Of a DNA stretch of 64,000 nt, positions 35,857-44,344 are shown piece after piece (the stretch's first letter is position 1; each line of letters starts with the position of its first letter). The stretch comes from a virus. The notes below the pieces were generated by a model. The model saw only the letters and a program-made list of their open reading frames with translations. It did no database searches and had not been told where the DNA came from. A program made the position numbers and the translations under genes. The stretch spans positions 64,001 through 128,000 of IMG/VR virus record IMGVR_UViG_3300045988_180675. The stretch is one strand, 5' to 3'.

Positions 35857-37404
35857 TTACTTGAATACGATCAATTTCTTTAGACATGATGCACTTTCGT
35901 TGTAGACAATGATTTCATCATTTCTAAATCCTACACCGCCACCTGCATGATACCATGTTGAGTCGTATCCTTTTTCCTTAAACATGTTCAATAACTCTGT
36001 TGTCTTTTCTGGAGCACCACCGATGCATCCATTTGGTTCGTATGTGTTACCTGTGGCAACACGATAAACGCCCATAATGGAAATCTTACCATCAATACCT
36101 CTATCTCTTGAATATGTGCTTGAGCAATATCCAGCAGACTTGAGAGGATTGTTAGCAAAGTATGAACCATTACCAAATGCCTTACCACAAATACGTGCGT
36201 TAGGATTTAATAATAGCCCCATCTTAATGATACTAACCCAGTTGCAGTTTGCAGAACCATGGAACAGATCATGCTCAACGCTGTTGAACATTCCGTTTTT
36301 AAGGTATTCTTCATAACGAACAACTTGATCATGTGGTGTGATGTCATATACTTCAACGACATCAATCTTTCCAGAAAGCTTATACTCTTTAATCGTTTGT
36401 TCCATCTCTTCAGGTGTTTCCTTGCGTACAGAGACATTTCCGAATGGACTCTCAAATTTTTCTGTCTTGCTATGTGTTTGTGAAACTAATGCTTCCATAG
36501 AAGACACAATTTTGTTTACCCAATCTAGTTTTGCCTCCATCTGTTTGAACAACTCTTCTTCTGTAAGAGGAATCGTTGGAACATGGAAATCCTTGATTTG
36601 GAAATTCTTACCAACCTTTGGTGCTGCAATTGCAATAAAGTCATCAATACATCCATTGAAAAGCGTTGCATCTGTTAGATTGCACATCTTGTTGTACAAC
36701 TTACGTGCAGATGTCACTTGTCGGCGTGTATATGGTGATGATGAAGAATAGAAATTCATTTCAAAACCACTTTCTGATAACGTCTCTTTCGCAACTTGAA
36801 TCAGCCATCTGTAAAGCGTAACGGCTTCATCATCTGATGTTTCTTCAACTGTTGGCTTTTTGAAGAATGCAGAAATCTTTGATTCATCTTCGTCCTGCTT
36901 TAATTCTTCCGTGTAGTCCTTAAATCCAGCGGCAAGCTTTTGGTAATATCTTAACCAATAAAGTTGCGATGGCTGAGCTTTATGAACCGTACCGTCCTCA
37001 AGTCGATCCATTCCCTTTTTACCAATAATACCAGACACAGCACCAATATTAAGTGTACGTGGTCCCATATTATTTGGGTTAAGGTTGTAACGAGAACGCA
37101 AATTAGTTTCAGCATCAACGTGCCTTAGTAATTTTTGTTCATATAGGCTCTTTGCTAATCTGAAAGTATCAGCAGTGATACGAATAACGATGTTATCGTC
37201 TTCTTCATTTTTGACTCTTTCATAGATTTCTACATGAGCCTCTTTGATTCCATCTTCGCTTTTAAGATGAATTGAGTTTGGAACTGGAAAACCATCTGCG
37301 AACAATGTTTCCGCAACCTTTTTCCATAATTCTCCTTCTTCGTTGATACCAGCTGGGAAATCCAACTGATACACTTTTCCTGTTGTTTCCATCGTAACTT
37401 TCAT
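35857..37404 (-). CDS. PARP-catalytic-domain (H-Y-E ADP-ribosyltransferase) protein with ~370-aa unknown N-terminal region
   Basis: LFHGS...GKAFGNGSYFAN..KSAGYC...RNDEIIVYNESASCLKKLIVFK parallels PARP1 LWHGS...GKGIYFAD..KSANYC...YNEYIVYD...KYLLKLKF. Confidence 0.8.
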   Translation of the reverse strand: MKVTMETTGKVYQLDFPAGINEEGELWKKVAETLFADGFPVPNSIHLKSEDGIKEAHVEIYERVKNEEDDNIVIRITADTFRLAKSLYEQKLLRHVDAETNLRSRYNLNPNNMGPRTLNIGAVSGIIGKKGMDRLEDGTVHKAQPSQLYWLRYYQKLAAGFKDYTEELKQDEDESKISAFFKKPTVEETSDDEAVTLYRWLIQVAKETLSESGFEMNFYSSSSPYTRRQVTSARKLYNKMCNLTDATLFNGCIDDFIAIAAPKVGKNFQIKDFHVPTIPLTEEELFKQMEAKLDWVNKIVSSMEALVSQTHSKTEKFESPFGNVSVRKETPEEMEQTIKEYKLSGKIDVVEVYDITPHDQVVRYEEYLKNGMFNSVEHDLFHGSANCNWVSIIKMGLLLNPNARICGKAFGNGSYFANNPLKSAGYCSSTYSRDRGIDGKISIMGVYRVATGNTYEPNGCIGGAPEKTTELLNMFKEKGYDSTWYHAGGGVGFRNDEIIVYNESASCLKKLIVFK

Positions 37405-37482
37405 TTTATTTTCCTCCTTAATTTACGATATTTTATATATAAAATTTATTCGATGTTTTTTATTTTCCTCTTTTTTAATATT

Positions 37483-37525
37483 CTCCATGCTCATCAAATA
37501 AATACATATATATCTTGCTATAAAA
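37483..37525 (-). promoter_or_regulatory. class-1 promoter/leader box for PARP-nuclease-helicase operon
   Basis: The plus strand reads CTCCATGCTCATCAAAT...TATCTTGCTATAAAA. Confidence 0.45.
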
Positions 37526-37570
37526 AAGACAATAAAAAAAAGAAGGAAATTACTCCTTCTTCTTTTTTTA

Positions 37571-37756
37571 CTACTCGTAAAATTTGTAATGTGTTCTTGC
37601 AAAGTAACGACTTGCCACATAAGCAGAAAATGAGATTAAAGCCATAAAACATAAGAATGTTGTCATTGTTTCCCCAATTCCAACGAAAATACAGGCTACA
37701 AATAGAAGTGCAACACCAACCAGTATGCACTTCAAAGCCAATAAAATTAGCTTCAT
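37571..37756 (-). CDS. small two-TM membrane protein, paralog of 38529..38702
   Basis: It shares ...GIGE(T/N)(M/T)T(T/I)FLCF...AYVAS(R/K)YF with its paralog. Confidence 0.6.
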   Translation of the reverse strand: MKLILLALKCILVGVALLFVACIFVGIGETMTTFLCFMALISFSAYVASRYFARTHYKFYE

Positions 37757-37768
37757 GAATTCTCTCCC

Positions 37769-38227
37769 TTACTCAACGTTGTACTGTGCGATAGCATAGT
37801 ATGTCTTTCCTTCATCAAGAGTTCTGATGAGATCTGGCAACGATAATGCTTCGTTCTCAAATAGGAATAAATCTCTTGATTCATCCATTGTGAATCTAAA
37901 TTTTCTGCGTAAATCCATGTATTCGATCAGATTTTTACTAGAAAATTCTTCTAGGGAAACCTTTTTCATTTCCTCTAAAACGTTTAAGAATTCTTCATAG
38001 TTTTTCTTAAAATAAAGATTCTTATCATTCACAACAAATCCACCATCTTCTGTGCCAGAAATGCCATCTGATTTGATAAGGTTTTCAACAAAAAACTTCT
38101 TATCATCGTTATCATCCAATTCAGAATAAGCATCGTGGAACGGTAGGAAATTATCAACAGATTCTGCTGACATTACCTCTTCATCTTTCTGTGATGAAAT
38201 TAAAACTACTGAAAAAAATATTGACAT
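37769..38227 (-). CDS. hypothetical acidic protein
   Basis: The start is moved to ATG 38227, which follows AAAGGAGGAAAATAAG. Confidence 0.55.
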   Translation of the reverse strand: MSIFFSVVLISSQKDEEVMSAESVDNFLPFHDAYSELDDNDDKKFFVENLIKSDGISGTEDGGFVVNDKNLYFKKNYEEFLNVLEEMKKVSLEEFSSKNLIEYMDLRRKFRFTMDESRDLFLFENEALSLPDLIRTLDEGKTYYAIAQYNVE

Positions 38228-38257
38228 CTTATTTTCCTCCTTTGCTCTTTTGAGCTT

Positions 38258-38298
38258 CTCCATGATATCAAATAAATACATATATATTATGTTTGAAA
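38258..38298 (-). promoter_or_regulatory. class-1 promoter/leader box
   Basis: The plus strand reads CTCCATGATATCAAAT...ATTATG. Confidence 0.45.
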
Positions 38299-38336
38299 CA
38301 TAAAAAGAAAAAAGGGAGAATACCCCCCTTTTTCTT

Positions 38337-38489
38337 TTATCCTCTTTTTTCGGACATTGCAATGCTACATATAACAACTAATACAAAGAAAACCGCAGGT
38401 TTCATCTTTGTAGTTGCTAATATAACATTTACCAAGATAAAGGCAATAATTAGGCATATAGCCAAAATTATCAATCTATCTCTTCTCAT
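38337..38489 (-). CDS. small membrane peptide (50 aa), below ORF-track cutoff
   Basis: GGAGGTGG SD, then ATG 38489: MRRDRLIILAICLIIAFILVNVILATTKMKPAVFFVLVVICSIAMSEKRG. Confidence 0.4.
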   Translation of the reverse strand: MRRDRLIILAICLIIAFILVNVILATTKMKPAVFFVLVVICSIAMSEKRG

Positions 38490-38528
38490 TTCATTCCACC
38501 TCCTTCCCAGAGGTTTACTAATTTCTGC

Positions 38529-38702
38529 TTAAACTTCCATCACAAAATATTTTGATGCAACATAAGCTGCGAAAACCAACACTACTACAAAACATAAGAA
38601 TATTGTAGTGTTTTCACCGATTGCGACAAAAGCAACCGCTCCAAGCAATACAAATACTGCTGCCAAGATAAAATTGTAAGCATACTTTAATAAATTTAAC
38701 AT
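38529..38702 (-). CDS. small two-TM membrane protein, paralog of 37571..37756
   Basis: The start is moved to ATG 38702, which has an AGGAGGGAAAT SD. Confidence 0.6.
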   Translation of the reverse strand: MLNLLKYAYNFILAAVFVLLGAVAFVAIGENTTIFLCFVVVLVFAAYVASKYFVMEV

Positions 38703-38733
38703 TTTAATTTCCCTCCTAGCCATTTCGGCTTTT

Positions 38734-38775
38734 CCAATAATCATCAAATAATTACACTTAAATTATGTCATAAGG
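38734..38775 (-). promoter_or_regulatory. class-1 promoter/leader box (variant)
   Basis: The plus strand reads CCAATAATCATCAAAT...AATTATGTCATAAGG. Confidence 0.4.
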
Positions 38776-38825
38776 AAAGAATAAAAAAAAGAAGGATTAT
38801 CCTTCTTTTCCGTTTTACACTCCTG

Positions 38826-39200
38826 TTACCAAGCAAAACAAATCTTAAAATCGTTATCTAATAATTCGCAATCTTCACGAAGAATAATTTCTACATTTTT
38901 ATTGCTCGGTTTTACAGCACTCAAAATAAAGTTCCCGAAATTTTCTGAGAATTTACTTTCTTCAACGCTTGCGAGTTCTTTGAATTCATCAGGTGCTGAT
39001 ACAACAACGTTGTCTGATTCAAATTCTGAAATGTATAAATTGTCTAGCTTTATACTATAGTGATGACCAGCCACATGTTCAACGCTGTATTCGTTTGCGT
39101 GCATTACAAACGACACATCGCCAGCATTGATTCTGATTGCTTCGATCTGTAATAGCTCTTCAAGATTTTTTGCTGATATTAGCTCTAATTCCAAATTCAT
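38826..39200 (-). CDS. hypothetical protein
   Basis: AGGAGGAAAATTAAAA SD. Confidence 0.55.
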   Translation of the reverse strand: MNLELELISAKNLEELLQIEAIRINAGDVSFVMHANEYSVEHVAGHHYSIKLDNLYISEFESDNVVVSAPDEFKELASVEESKFSENFGNFILSAVKPSNKNVEIILREDCELLDNDFKICFAW

Positions 39201-39202
39201 TT

Positions 39203-39607
39203 TTAATTTTCCTCCTGGGCTTTTTTCGCCTCTTTTTTATATCGAATCTTGTAGAGGATATTTCCCTTGCGGTCACGTCCTCCATTTACTACTGTGGCGT
39301 TTTCTTCGAAGAATACCTTTTCCTGCTTATACAGTTCGCTAACACGCTTTATGCCAAGCTTTTTAGCAAAGTGTGCAGCTGTATTAAGTGCCATGCCTTC
39401 TTCATGGTTTTCATTTGTAAAAGCACCAAAGAAATTTGTAGACTTCCCTGGATCCAACATGGCAACTGCTAGGTGTGCGTGGATCTCAAAGATACAGGCA
39501 ATTTCATTTGCTTCTCTTTCTTCTTCCACTGTTAATTTTTGCCCTTTGAAAAAGGCTTTTGAAAATAGCTCTTTTGAGCGTCTTTGTAAATCTCCCATTC
39601 TACTCAT
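39203..39607 (-). CDS. hypothetical helical protein, tandem paralog of 39624..39953
   Basis: The shared pattern is L(E/Q)(Q/R)R(E/S)(R/K)EL...(K/Q)KLT(A/V)EEE...EI(R/A)CI..IH. Confidence 0.6.
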   Translation of the reverse strand: MSRMGDLQRRSKELFSKAFFKGQKLTVEEEREANEIACIFEIHAHLAVAMLDPGKSTNFFGAFTNENHEEGMALNTAAHFAKKLGIKRVSELYKQEKVFFEENATVVNGGRDRKGNILYKIRYKKEAKKAQEEN

Positions 39608-39623
39608 CTTTATTTTCCTCCTT

Positions 39624-39953
39624 TTAAATATCGTAAGATGTAGAGTTGTACGAACAACCTTCTGAATCTGTGAAAACGTCTTTAGTAACTGTAGCGTGCT
39701 TGTCGAAGAATTCTACTTCTTTAGCGTAGATTTCCTTAACTTTTTCTTCTCCTAATGTTTTTGCATATTCTTTAGCATAGTTTTTGTAACCATTAAAGAA
39801 GTCTGTTCCATAGACCAAACAAGAATGTATCATGGAAATACATCTTATTTCCTCTAATTCTAATTCCTCTTCTGCTGTTAATTTGCGTTCATTAGTGAAA
39901 CTGATTTGAAGTAGTTCACGCTCTCTCTGTTCTAATCGTTCCATTCTTTTCAT
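39624..39953 (-). CDS. hypothetical helical protein, tandem paralog of 39203..39607
   Basis: Same pattern as 39203..39607. TAGGAGGAAATAAT SD. Confidence 0.6.
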   Translation of the reverse strand: MKRMERLEQRERELLQISFTNERKLTAEEELELEEIRCISMIHSCLVYGTDFFNGYKNYAKEYAKTLGEEKVKEIYAKEVEFFDKHATVTKDVFTDSEGCSYNSTSYDI

Positions 39954-40007
39954 ATTATTTCCTCCTAGCCTTACTGGCTTTTATTTTTCGCCTTATTCGA
40001 ATATTTT

Positions 40008-40050
40008 CTCCATGATCATCAAATAAAGTCACATTTATTATGTGATATAG
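40008..40050 (-). promoter_or_regulatory. class-1 promoter/leader box
   Basis: The plus strand reads CTCCATGATCATCAAAT...TTATTATGTGATATAG. Confidence 0.5.
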
Positions 40051-40087
40051 AAAGAAAGAAAAAAGAGGCTTATTGCCTCTTCTTTTT

Positions 40088-40444
40088 TTAATACAAATCT
40101 TCAAATTCTGCTCCTAAATCAAGCCCATCCTCTTCAAATACTGTCAAAACAGAATTATCTGAGGCTAGTATTTCATGAATATTTTCTTTACCTTTATCTG
40201 ATAGCGTATCTAGTGATTGTCTACATTTATGATATTTCTTGTTCTGACCACTAACTGTAATTGTTGCGTTATCAATAATAATAACGTTCTGTTCTTCATC
40301 AAATGACGATGGTGTATTAAAGTGATTAAATTCATCTTTAGAAAATTCTAAAAAGATATCCGTCTTAATTTCATGTGCTGTCAGCTTCAAGAGTTTAAAC
40401 TTTTTACATCTTGGTTTCTTTGTTAATTTTAATATAATCTTCAT
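40088..40444 (-). CDS. hypothetical protein
   Basis: ACAGGAGC SD. The ~135-nt leader contains the LE-like element copy. Confidence 0.55.
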   Translation of the reverse strand: MKIILKLTKKPRCKKFKLLKLTAHEIKTDIFLEFSKDEFNHFNTPSSFDEEQNVIIIDNATITVSGQNKKYHKCRQSLDTLSDKGKENIHEILASDNSVLTVFEEDGLDLGAEFEDLY

Positions 40445-40487
40445 ATTTTTGTTTGCTCCTGTTTATCTTTGTTATTCTTATTTTTTT

Positions 40488-40578
40488 GTTTCCGTGAACT
40501 ACTTAATAATAAATATATCTGTTTAATTCTCTCCTTTCATTGTATTTAGCCTGCACGATTTGTGTGGCTATCTTCGTA
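40488..40578 (+). repeat. solo copy of the IS-relic left-end-like sequence (MITE/PATE-like)
   Basis: CCGTGAACTACTTAATAATAAAT (40492-) and hairpin TAGCCTGCAC..GTGTGGCTA (40547-40570) align with 31200-31285. Confidence 0.4.
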
Positions 40579-40582
40579 TTCT

Positions 40583-40620
40583 CAAGAATCATCAAATAAG
40601 AACTGTAAATATCTTGTTAG
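40583..40620 (-). promoter_or_regulatory. class-1 promoter/leader box (variant)
   Basis: The plus strand reads CAAGAATCATCAAAT...ATATCTTGTTAG. Confidence 0.35.
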
Positions 40621-40665
40621 AAAATAAGAAAGAAAAAAAGAGGTTTAAAAAACCTCTCTCTTTTT

Positions 40666-41370
40666 TTACTTCAGTCCTAGTTCTGTCAAAATCTCTTCTG
40701 GAATAGGGCGGTAAGTCCATCCATGACCATACTTGTAACCACAAACTGGGCATTCCTTTCCAAGTAATCCGAATTCACTTTCTGATAAAGAAGTGTGTCC
40801 TCGTAAGGTTGCTTCTACTTCACGAAGCTTATATCCTTCTGGGATATTTTCCTTTGCTTCATCCGCATTTAAGAAGAATTTCTTGATAGAATACTTCATA
40901 GTATACAGATCTTGTTGATCTTGAGAAAGTGTTACTGTTCCATTTTGAACCAGTTCCTTCTTAATGAAGTCTTCCACTTTTCTCTGCTTTACGATGGTGT
41001 CATGTGTCATCGTATATTCAGCCTTATAAAGTGGTTGACTTGCAAGCTCACGAATACCAGCTTCTTCCTGGTGGATGCATTCTGCATGCATATCGTTTAA
41101 ATGATATTCCTTCCAAATATCTAAAATTCTCTTTAGATCATCAGAAGCTGCTTCATAATCGATATCCATATCGACCTGTCCAAAAGCAATTGGATCCTTT
41201 CTGTAGCCATTTACATACTTATATGTATCGTACAATGCACCAGAAATCGAAAGAACAAGTTCTCCCTTATTGTTGTCTCTAGTTTCAATCTCCAGAACAA
41301 CTTTTACAGTTTTGCCAAAACAGGTTTTAACATCGTAGAACTTCTTTGTTGTTTTGTTTAGTGTTTTCAT
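40666..41370 (-). CDS. hypothetical protein with C-terminal CPVCGYKYGHGW element
   Basis: TAGGAGGAAAATCAAAT SD. Confidence 0.6.
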   Translation of the reverse strand: MKTLNKTTKKFYDVKTCFGKTVKVVLEIETRDNNKGELVLSISGALYDTYKYVNGYRKDPIAFGQVDMDIDYEAASDDLKRILDIWKEYHLNDMHAECIHQEEAGIRELASQPLYKAEYTMTHDTIVKQRKVEDFIKKELVQNGTVTLSQDQQDLYTMKYSIKKFFLNADEAKENIPEGYKLREVEATLRGHTSLSESEFGLLGKECPVCGYKYGHGWTYRPIPEEILTELGLK

Positions 41371-41402
41371 ATTTGATTTTCCTCCTATTGGCTTTTAGCC
41401 TT

Positions 41403-41443
41403 CTCCATGTTATCAAATAATACAAAAATATTATGTAATATAA
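41403..41443 (-). promoter_or_regulatory. class-1 promoter/leader box
   Basis: The plus strand reads CTCCATGTTATCAAAT...ATTATGTAATATAAG. The leader hairpin GGCTTTTAGCC lies downstream. Confidence 0.5.
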
Positions 41444-41477
41444 GAAAGAATAAAAAAAGACAGGATAATTCCCGTCT

Positions 41478-41741
41478 TTATTTTTTAACAATCTTCTCAA
41501 TGAAATCAGCTTCCATAATTTCTTCGTCTGTATTTAGATCGCAAACAGTAAATACCTGTCCATTGTCAATGGCAGTGGCAAATAGCTCTTTGTGTTTCTT
41601 TACAAAGTCATGAATTTCATACAAATGAGAAAATGACATCGCATCTTCCTTATCTTGTACGAATAATACGCTTGGCTGATTCTCTTTTCCTGATCTAGCA
41701 CTAAGAACTGTGTTAGATGATGATTTAATATAATTTGTCAT
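41478..41741 (-). CDS. hypothetical small protein
   Basis: The start is moved to ATG 41741. Confidence 0.5.
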   Translation of the reverse strand: MTNYIKSSSNTVLSARSGKENQPSVLFVQDKEDAMSFSHLYEIHDFVKKHKELFATAIDNGQVFTVCDLNTDEEIMEADFIEKIVKK

Positions 41742-41785
41742 TTTAATTTTTCTCCTTTTTACCAACGAATATACTTTCCTTTTTT

Positions 41786-42256
41786 TCAACCTTCCATAAT
41801 CTTGTAAACTTCTTCCATAATGGATGGAATCATTTTTTTATTGATTCGTTCATATTCTGTTTCATCCTGGATTACTTCTTTTACTGGGTTTGATGTGTAA
41901 TGGGCACCGCCTCTGTAAATCATATCGGAGTATTCTCGAGCGGTGTAAAATGCTTTCATAAGTTCTAACAGTTTCCAGATTTCTGAATCCGTGAAAGGCG
42001 TTTCAGCAAAAAACTCTTTGAATGCAGTGTGACCATCTTTGTTTTTGTTAAAAAATAAACTATCAAAATGTTGATGGCTACTAATATCTCTTGAACGTGA
42101 AGGGCAATTGTTGTTTGTGTATGTTTCAACATAACCGAAACCCCAGTACCATTTACAATCCCAACTTCCAGCCTCTAACCAGTATAATGTACCGTCATTG
42201 TCTTTACCTAATAAATAAATGTCTTTTCCAAAAGCATGATTTTTTTGTTTTTTCAT
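41786..42256 (-). CDS. hypothetical protein (WDCKWYWGFGY motif)
   Basis: The start is moved to ATG 42256, which follows AAGGAGGAAAATAAA. Confidence 0.55.
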   Translation of the reverse strand: MKKQKNHAFGKDIYLLGKDNDGTLYWLEAGSWDCKWYWGFGYVETYTNNNCPSRSRDISSHQHFDSLFFNKNKDGHTAFKEFFAETPFTDSEIWKLLELMKAFYTAREYSDMIYRGGAHYTSNPVKEVIQDETEYERINKKMIPSIMEEVYKIMEG

Positions 42257-42275
42257 TTTATTTTCCTCCTTTTTT

Positions 42276-42560
42276 TTACCAATGAATGATAAAATTTTTG
42301 TTTTTCTTATCGCAATCAACCTTAAATCCCTTGTCTAAATAATGTAGTAACAAGCGATTTGTGCTGAAAGCATCTAATGAAGTGTCGTTCCAAACCAATC
42401 GTTGATGGCTTCCTTTGCCACAAGTGTATGGTAAGACAATATGTGTATGATTATATGAAGCCTCTTCAATGAGTTCATTAACCATTACAACAATACGCCA
42501 CAAACTTGGGCAAACCTTCTTTGATCCAAGGTTATTTCTAGCAGTCTTTGCAGTAATCAT
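42276..42560 (-). CDS. hypothetical protein
   Basis: AGAGG SD. It directly follows the upstream stop. Confidence 0.5.
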   Translation of the reverse strand: MITAKTARNNLGSKKVCPSLWRIVVMVNELIEEASYNHTHIVLPYTCGKGSHQRLVWNDTSLDAFSTNRLLLHYLDKGFKVDCDKKNKNFIIHW

Positions 42561-42561
42561 G

Positions 42562-42927
42562 TTAGAAACCTCTCTTGATAATCTCGGCAGCAGCAGAGCC
42601 TACATCGCTCCACTTACATTGATGATTTGGACCGCCAATCCAATCTTTAGCGTGTTCCATTGAACGGATTAGAACGCTTTTACTCCAAGCAAAATATCTA
42701 ACGTCTGATATTGAAACATAAACAAATTTTTCACCATTTGTTAGTACGGCAGAGAAACAATAATGATTTTTATTGAAAGTATGTAACTCTAGTCCGTTTT
42801 CCTTTGCCATCTTCTTTAAATCCGAACGACAATCTCTTTCGAATTGTAGATAATCTTCTCCTGTACCGCATCCAGTTGAGAAATGGTGTTGGAACCATTT
42901 ATTACTTGTTGCTTTTAATGTTGTCAT
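42562..42927 (-). CDS. hypothetical protein
   Basis: TAGGAGGAAAATTAAAA SD. Confidence 0.55.
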   Translation of the reverse strand: MTTLKATSNKWFQHHFSTGCGTGEDYLQFERDCRSDLKKMAKENGLELHTFNKNHYCFSAVLTNGEKFVYVSISDVRYFAWSKSVLIRSMEHAKDWIGGPNHQCKWSDVGSAAAEIIKRGF

Positions 42928-42950
42928 TTTTAATTTTCCTCCTATTTTTC

Positions 42951-43265
42951 TTAAAAACCAATCTGATCTTCAAAGTGATCGTAAATAACAGCATCGATAT
43001 TGGTCCAATATGTACAATTGCAATCGTAATCGCCTTCAAAAGCGTATCGCTTGGCACACTCTTCAATATCTTTGTCGCTATATTTTAACCATGAGAAATT
43101 GTCCTTGATTCTACTAACGATATCTTCTTTAACATGATTAGCCCATAATCTTCTATAGATATAATTTGAAGTTGAATAGTTTAATTCTGTAAGAAGCTCG
43201 TCGAGCTTTTCTCTGTTTATACGGTCAAGCTTATCAATTTCTTTTTTTAGTTCTTTGATTTCCAT
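42951..43265 (-). CDS. hypothetical protein
   Basis: AGGAGGAAAATTAAA SD. Confidence 0.55.
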   Translation of the reverse strand: MEIKELKKEIDKLDRINREKLDELLTELNYSTSNYIYRRLWANHVKEDIVSRIKDNFSWLKYSDKDIEECAKRYAFEGDYDCNCTYWTNIDAVIYDHFEDQIGF

Positions 43266-43278
43266 TTTAATTTTCCTC

Positions 43279-43539
43279 CTAATATGTAATCAAATCCATC
43301 ATTTTATTCACAAAAGAAACGCATTTTGTTAATCCTTTGTGATCGCAGGTGAATGTTTTCTGTTGATATTCATCATCATATTCTGCTTCAACGAACATTA
43401 GATTTGAACCTGATGAATAGCTCAGTCGGATTTCACCATATCCAACAGAGTTTAAGAATGTATATTCTCCACTCTCATCATTTTCGTCAAACAGCTCTAA
43501 TAAGCCATCTAACTCATTTTTTAATTCCTCTAAAAACAT
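43279..43539 (-). CDS. hypothetical acidic protein
   Basis: GGAGGAAAATAAGA SD. Confidence 0.55.
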   Translation of the reverse strand: MFLEELKNELDGLLELFDENDESGEYTFLNSVGYGEIRLSYSSGSNLMFVEAEYDDEYQQKTFTCDHKGLTKCVSFVNKMMDLITY

Positions 43540-43541
43540 TC

Positions 43542-43964
43542 TTATTTTCCTCCTAATTTTGTAATATTTCCATTTTTACATGTTTGATATCCAGCTTTTT
43601 CAAGCATGGCATCATTTAACCAAAGAAAATCTTCTGGTTTCGCACAAGAAATTTCACGAGTCATGAACTGAATCGCTTCTTCTGTACTTCTTTCTTCGTT
43701 ATATGAATCTGTTTCAAGAATGAAACTGTCCATATAAAGATAGTAAGACAGAGTTGTTAGATCCCATTCAAACCAAATGTAATGCTTACCATCTGGTGTC
43801 GTTTTGGATGCCAATACAACATGTGATGCATCTGGATAAATAGTAGAAAAATCTTTAGCAGTTTCAGAATTGGAACTTGCAATAGAATTTCTCTTTCTAT
43901 ATTCCATAATTTCTTCTAGCATCTTTTGATACTGTGGGATCAAAGTTATATCATTCTTTTCCAT
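43542..43964 (-). CDS. hypothetical protein
   Basis: GGAGGGATAGTT SD. Confidence 0.55.
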   Translation of the reverse strand: MEKNDITLIPQYQKMLEEIMEYRKRNSIASSNSETAKDFSTIYPDASHVVLASKTTPDGKHYIWFEWDLTTLSYYLYMDSFILETDSYNEERSTEEAIQFMTREISCAKPEDFLWLNDAMLEKAGYQTCKNGNITKLGGK

Positions 43965-43966
43965 AA

Positions 43967-44224
43967 CTATCCCTCCAAGATATCCTGTAAGAAATAGTAA
44001 TCAAGAACATCAAGCGTTACTAGCTTACTAGCAGCCTTTGTCTTGATTAAAAGATGATCGTTTTCTCTCACCCAAGTATCGAAGCGATCTGCTTCCTTTT
44101 TGATGTACAAATGGACATCGTTTTCGTGGTTGAAGATTAAGGCTTCTTCCACATTTTTTGTAAATGAGTGATCCTTGGTTAAAAAACCTCGGTCTTCTGG
44201 CAGTGTAACAACAAATTTAATCAT
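43967..44224 (-). CDS. hypothetical small protein
   Basis: The start is moved to ATG 44224, which follows AAGGAGGAAAATTAAA. Confidence 0.5.
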   Translation of the reverse strand: MIKFVVTLPEDRGFLTKDHSFTKNVEEALIFNHENDVHLYIKKEADRFDTWVRENDHLLIKTKAASKLVTLDVLDYYFLQDILEG

Positions 44225-44277
44225 TTTAATTTTCCTCCTTATGTTGTTTTTATATGTCACCTTTAATTTATTAGATT

Positions 44278-44322
44278 CTCCATAATCATCAAATTAAAGT
44301 ACAATTATATTCTGCTATAAAA
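44278..44322 (-). promoter_or_regulatory. class-1 promoter/leader box
   Basis: The plus strand reads CTCCATAATCATCAAAT...TATATTCTGCTATAAA. Confidence 0.45.
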
Positions 44323-44344
44323 AAGTAATAAAAAAACGATGTTC

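Noticed and set aside
37423-37730. ORFs 37423..37620, 37453..37647 and 37518..37730 overlapping the promoter region and the small TM gene
   Set aside because: They overlap a class-1 promoter, a terminator and the better-supported 37571..37756 gene, which has an SD and a paralog at 38529. They have no independent support.
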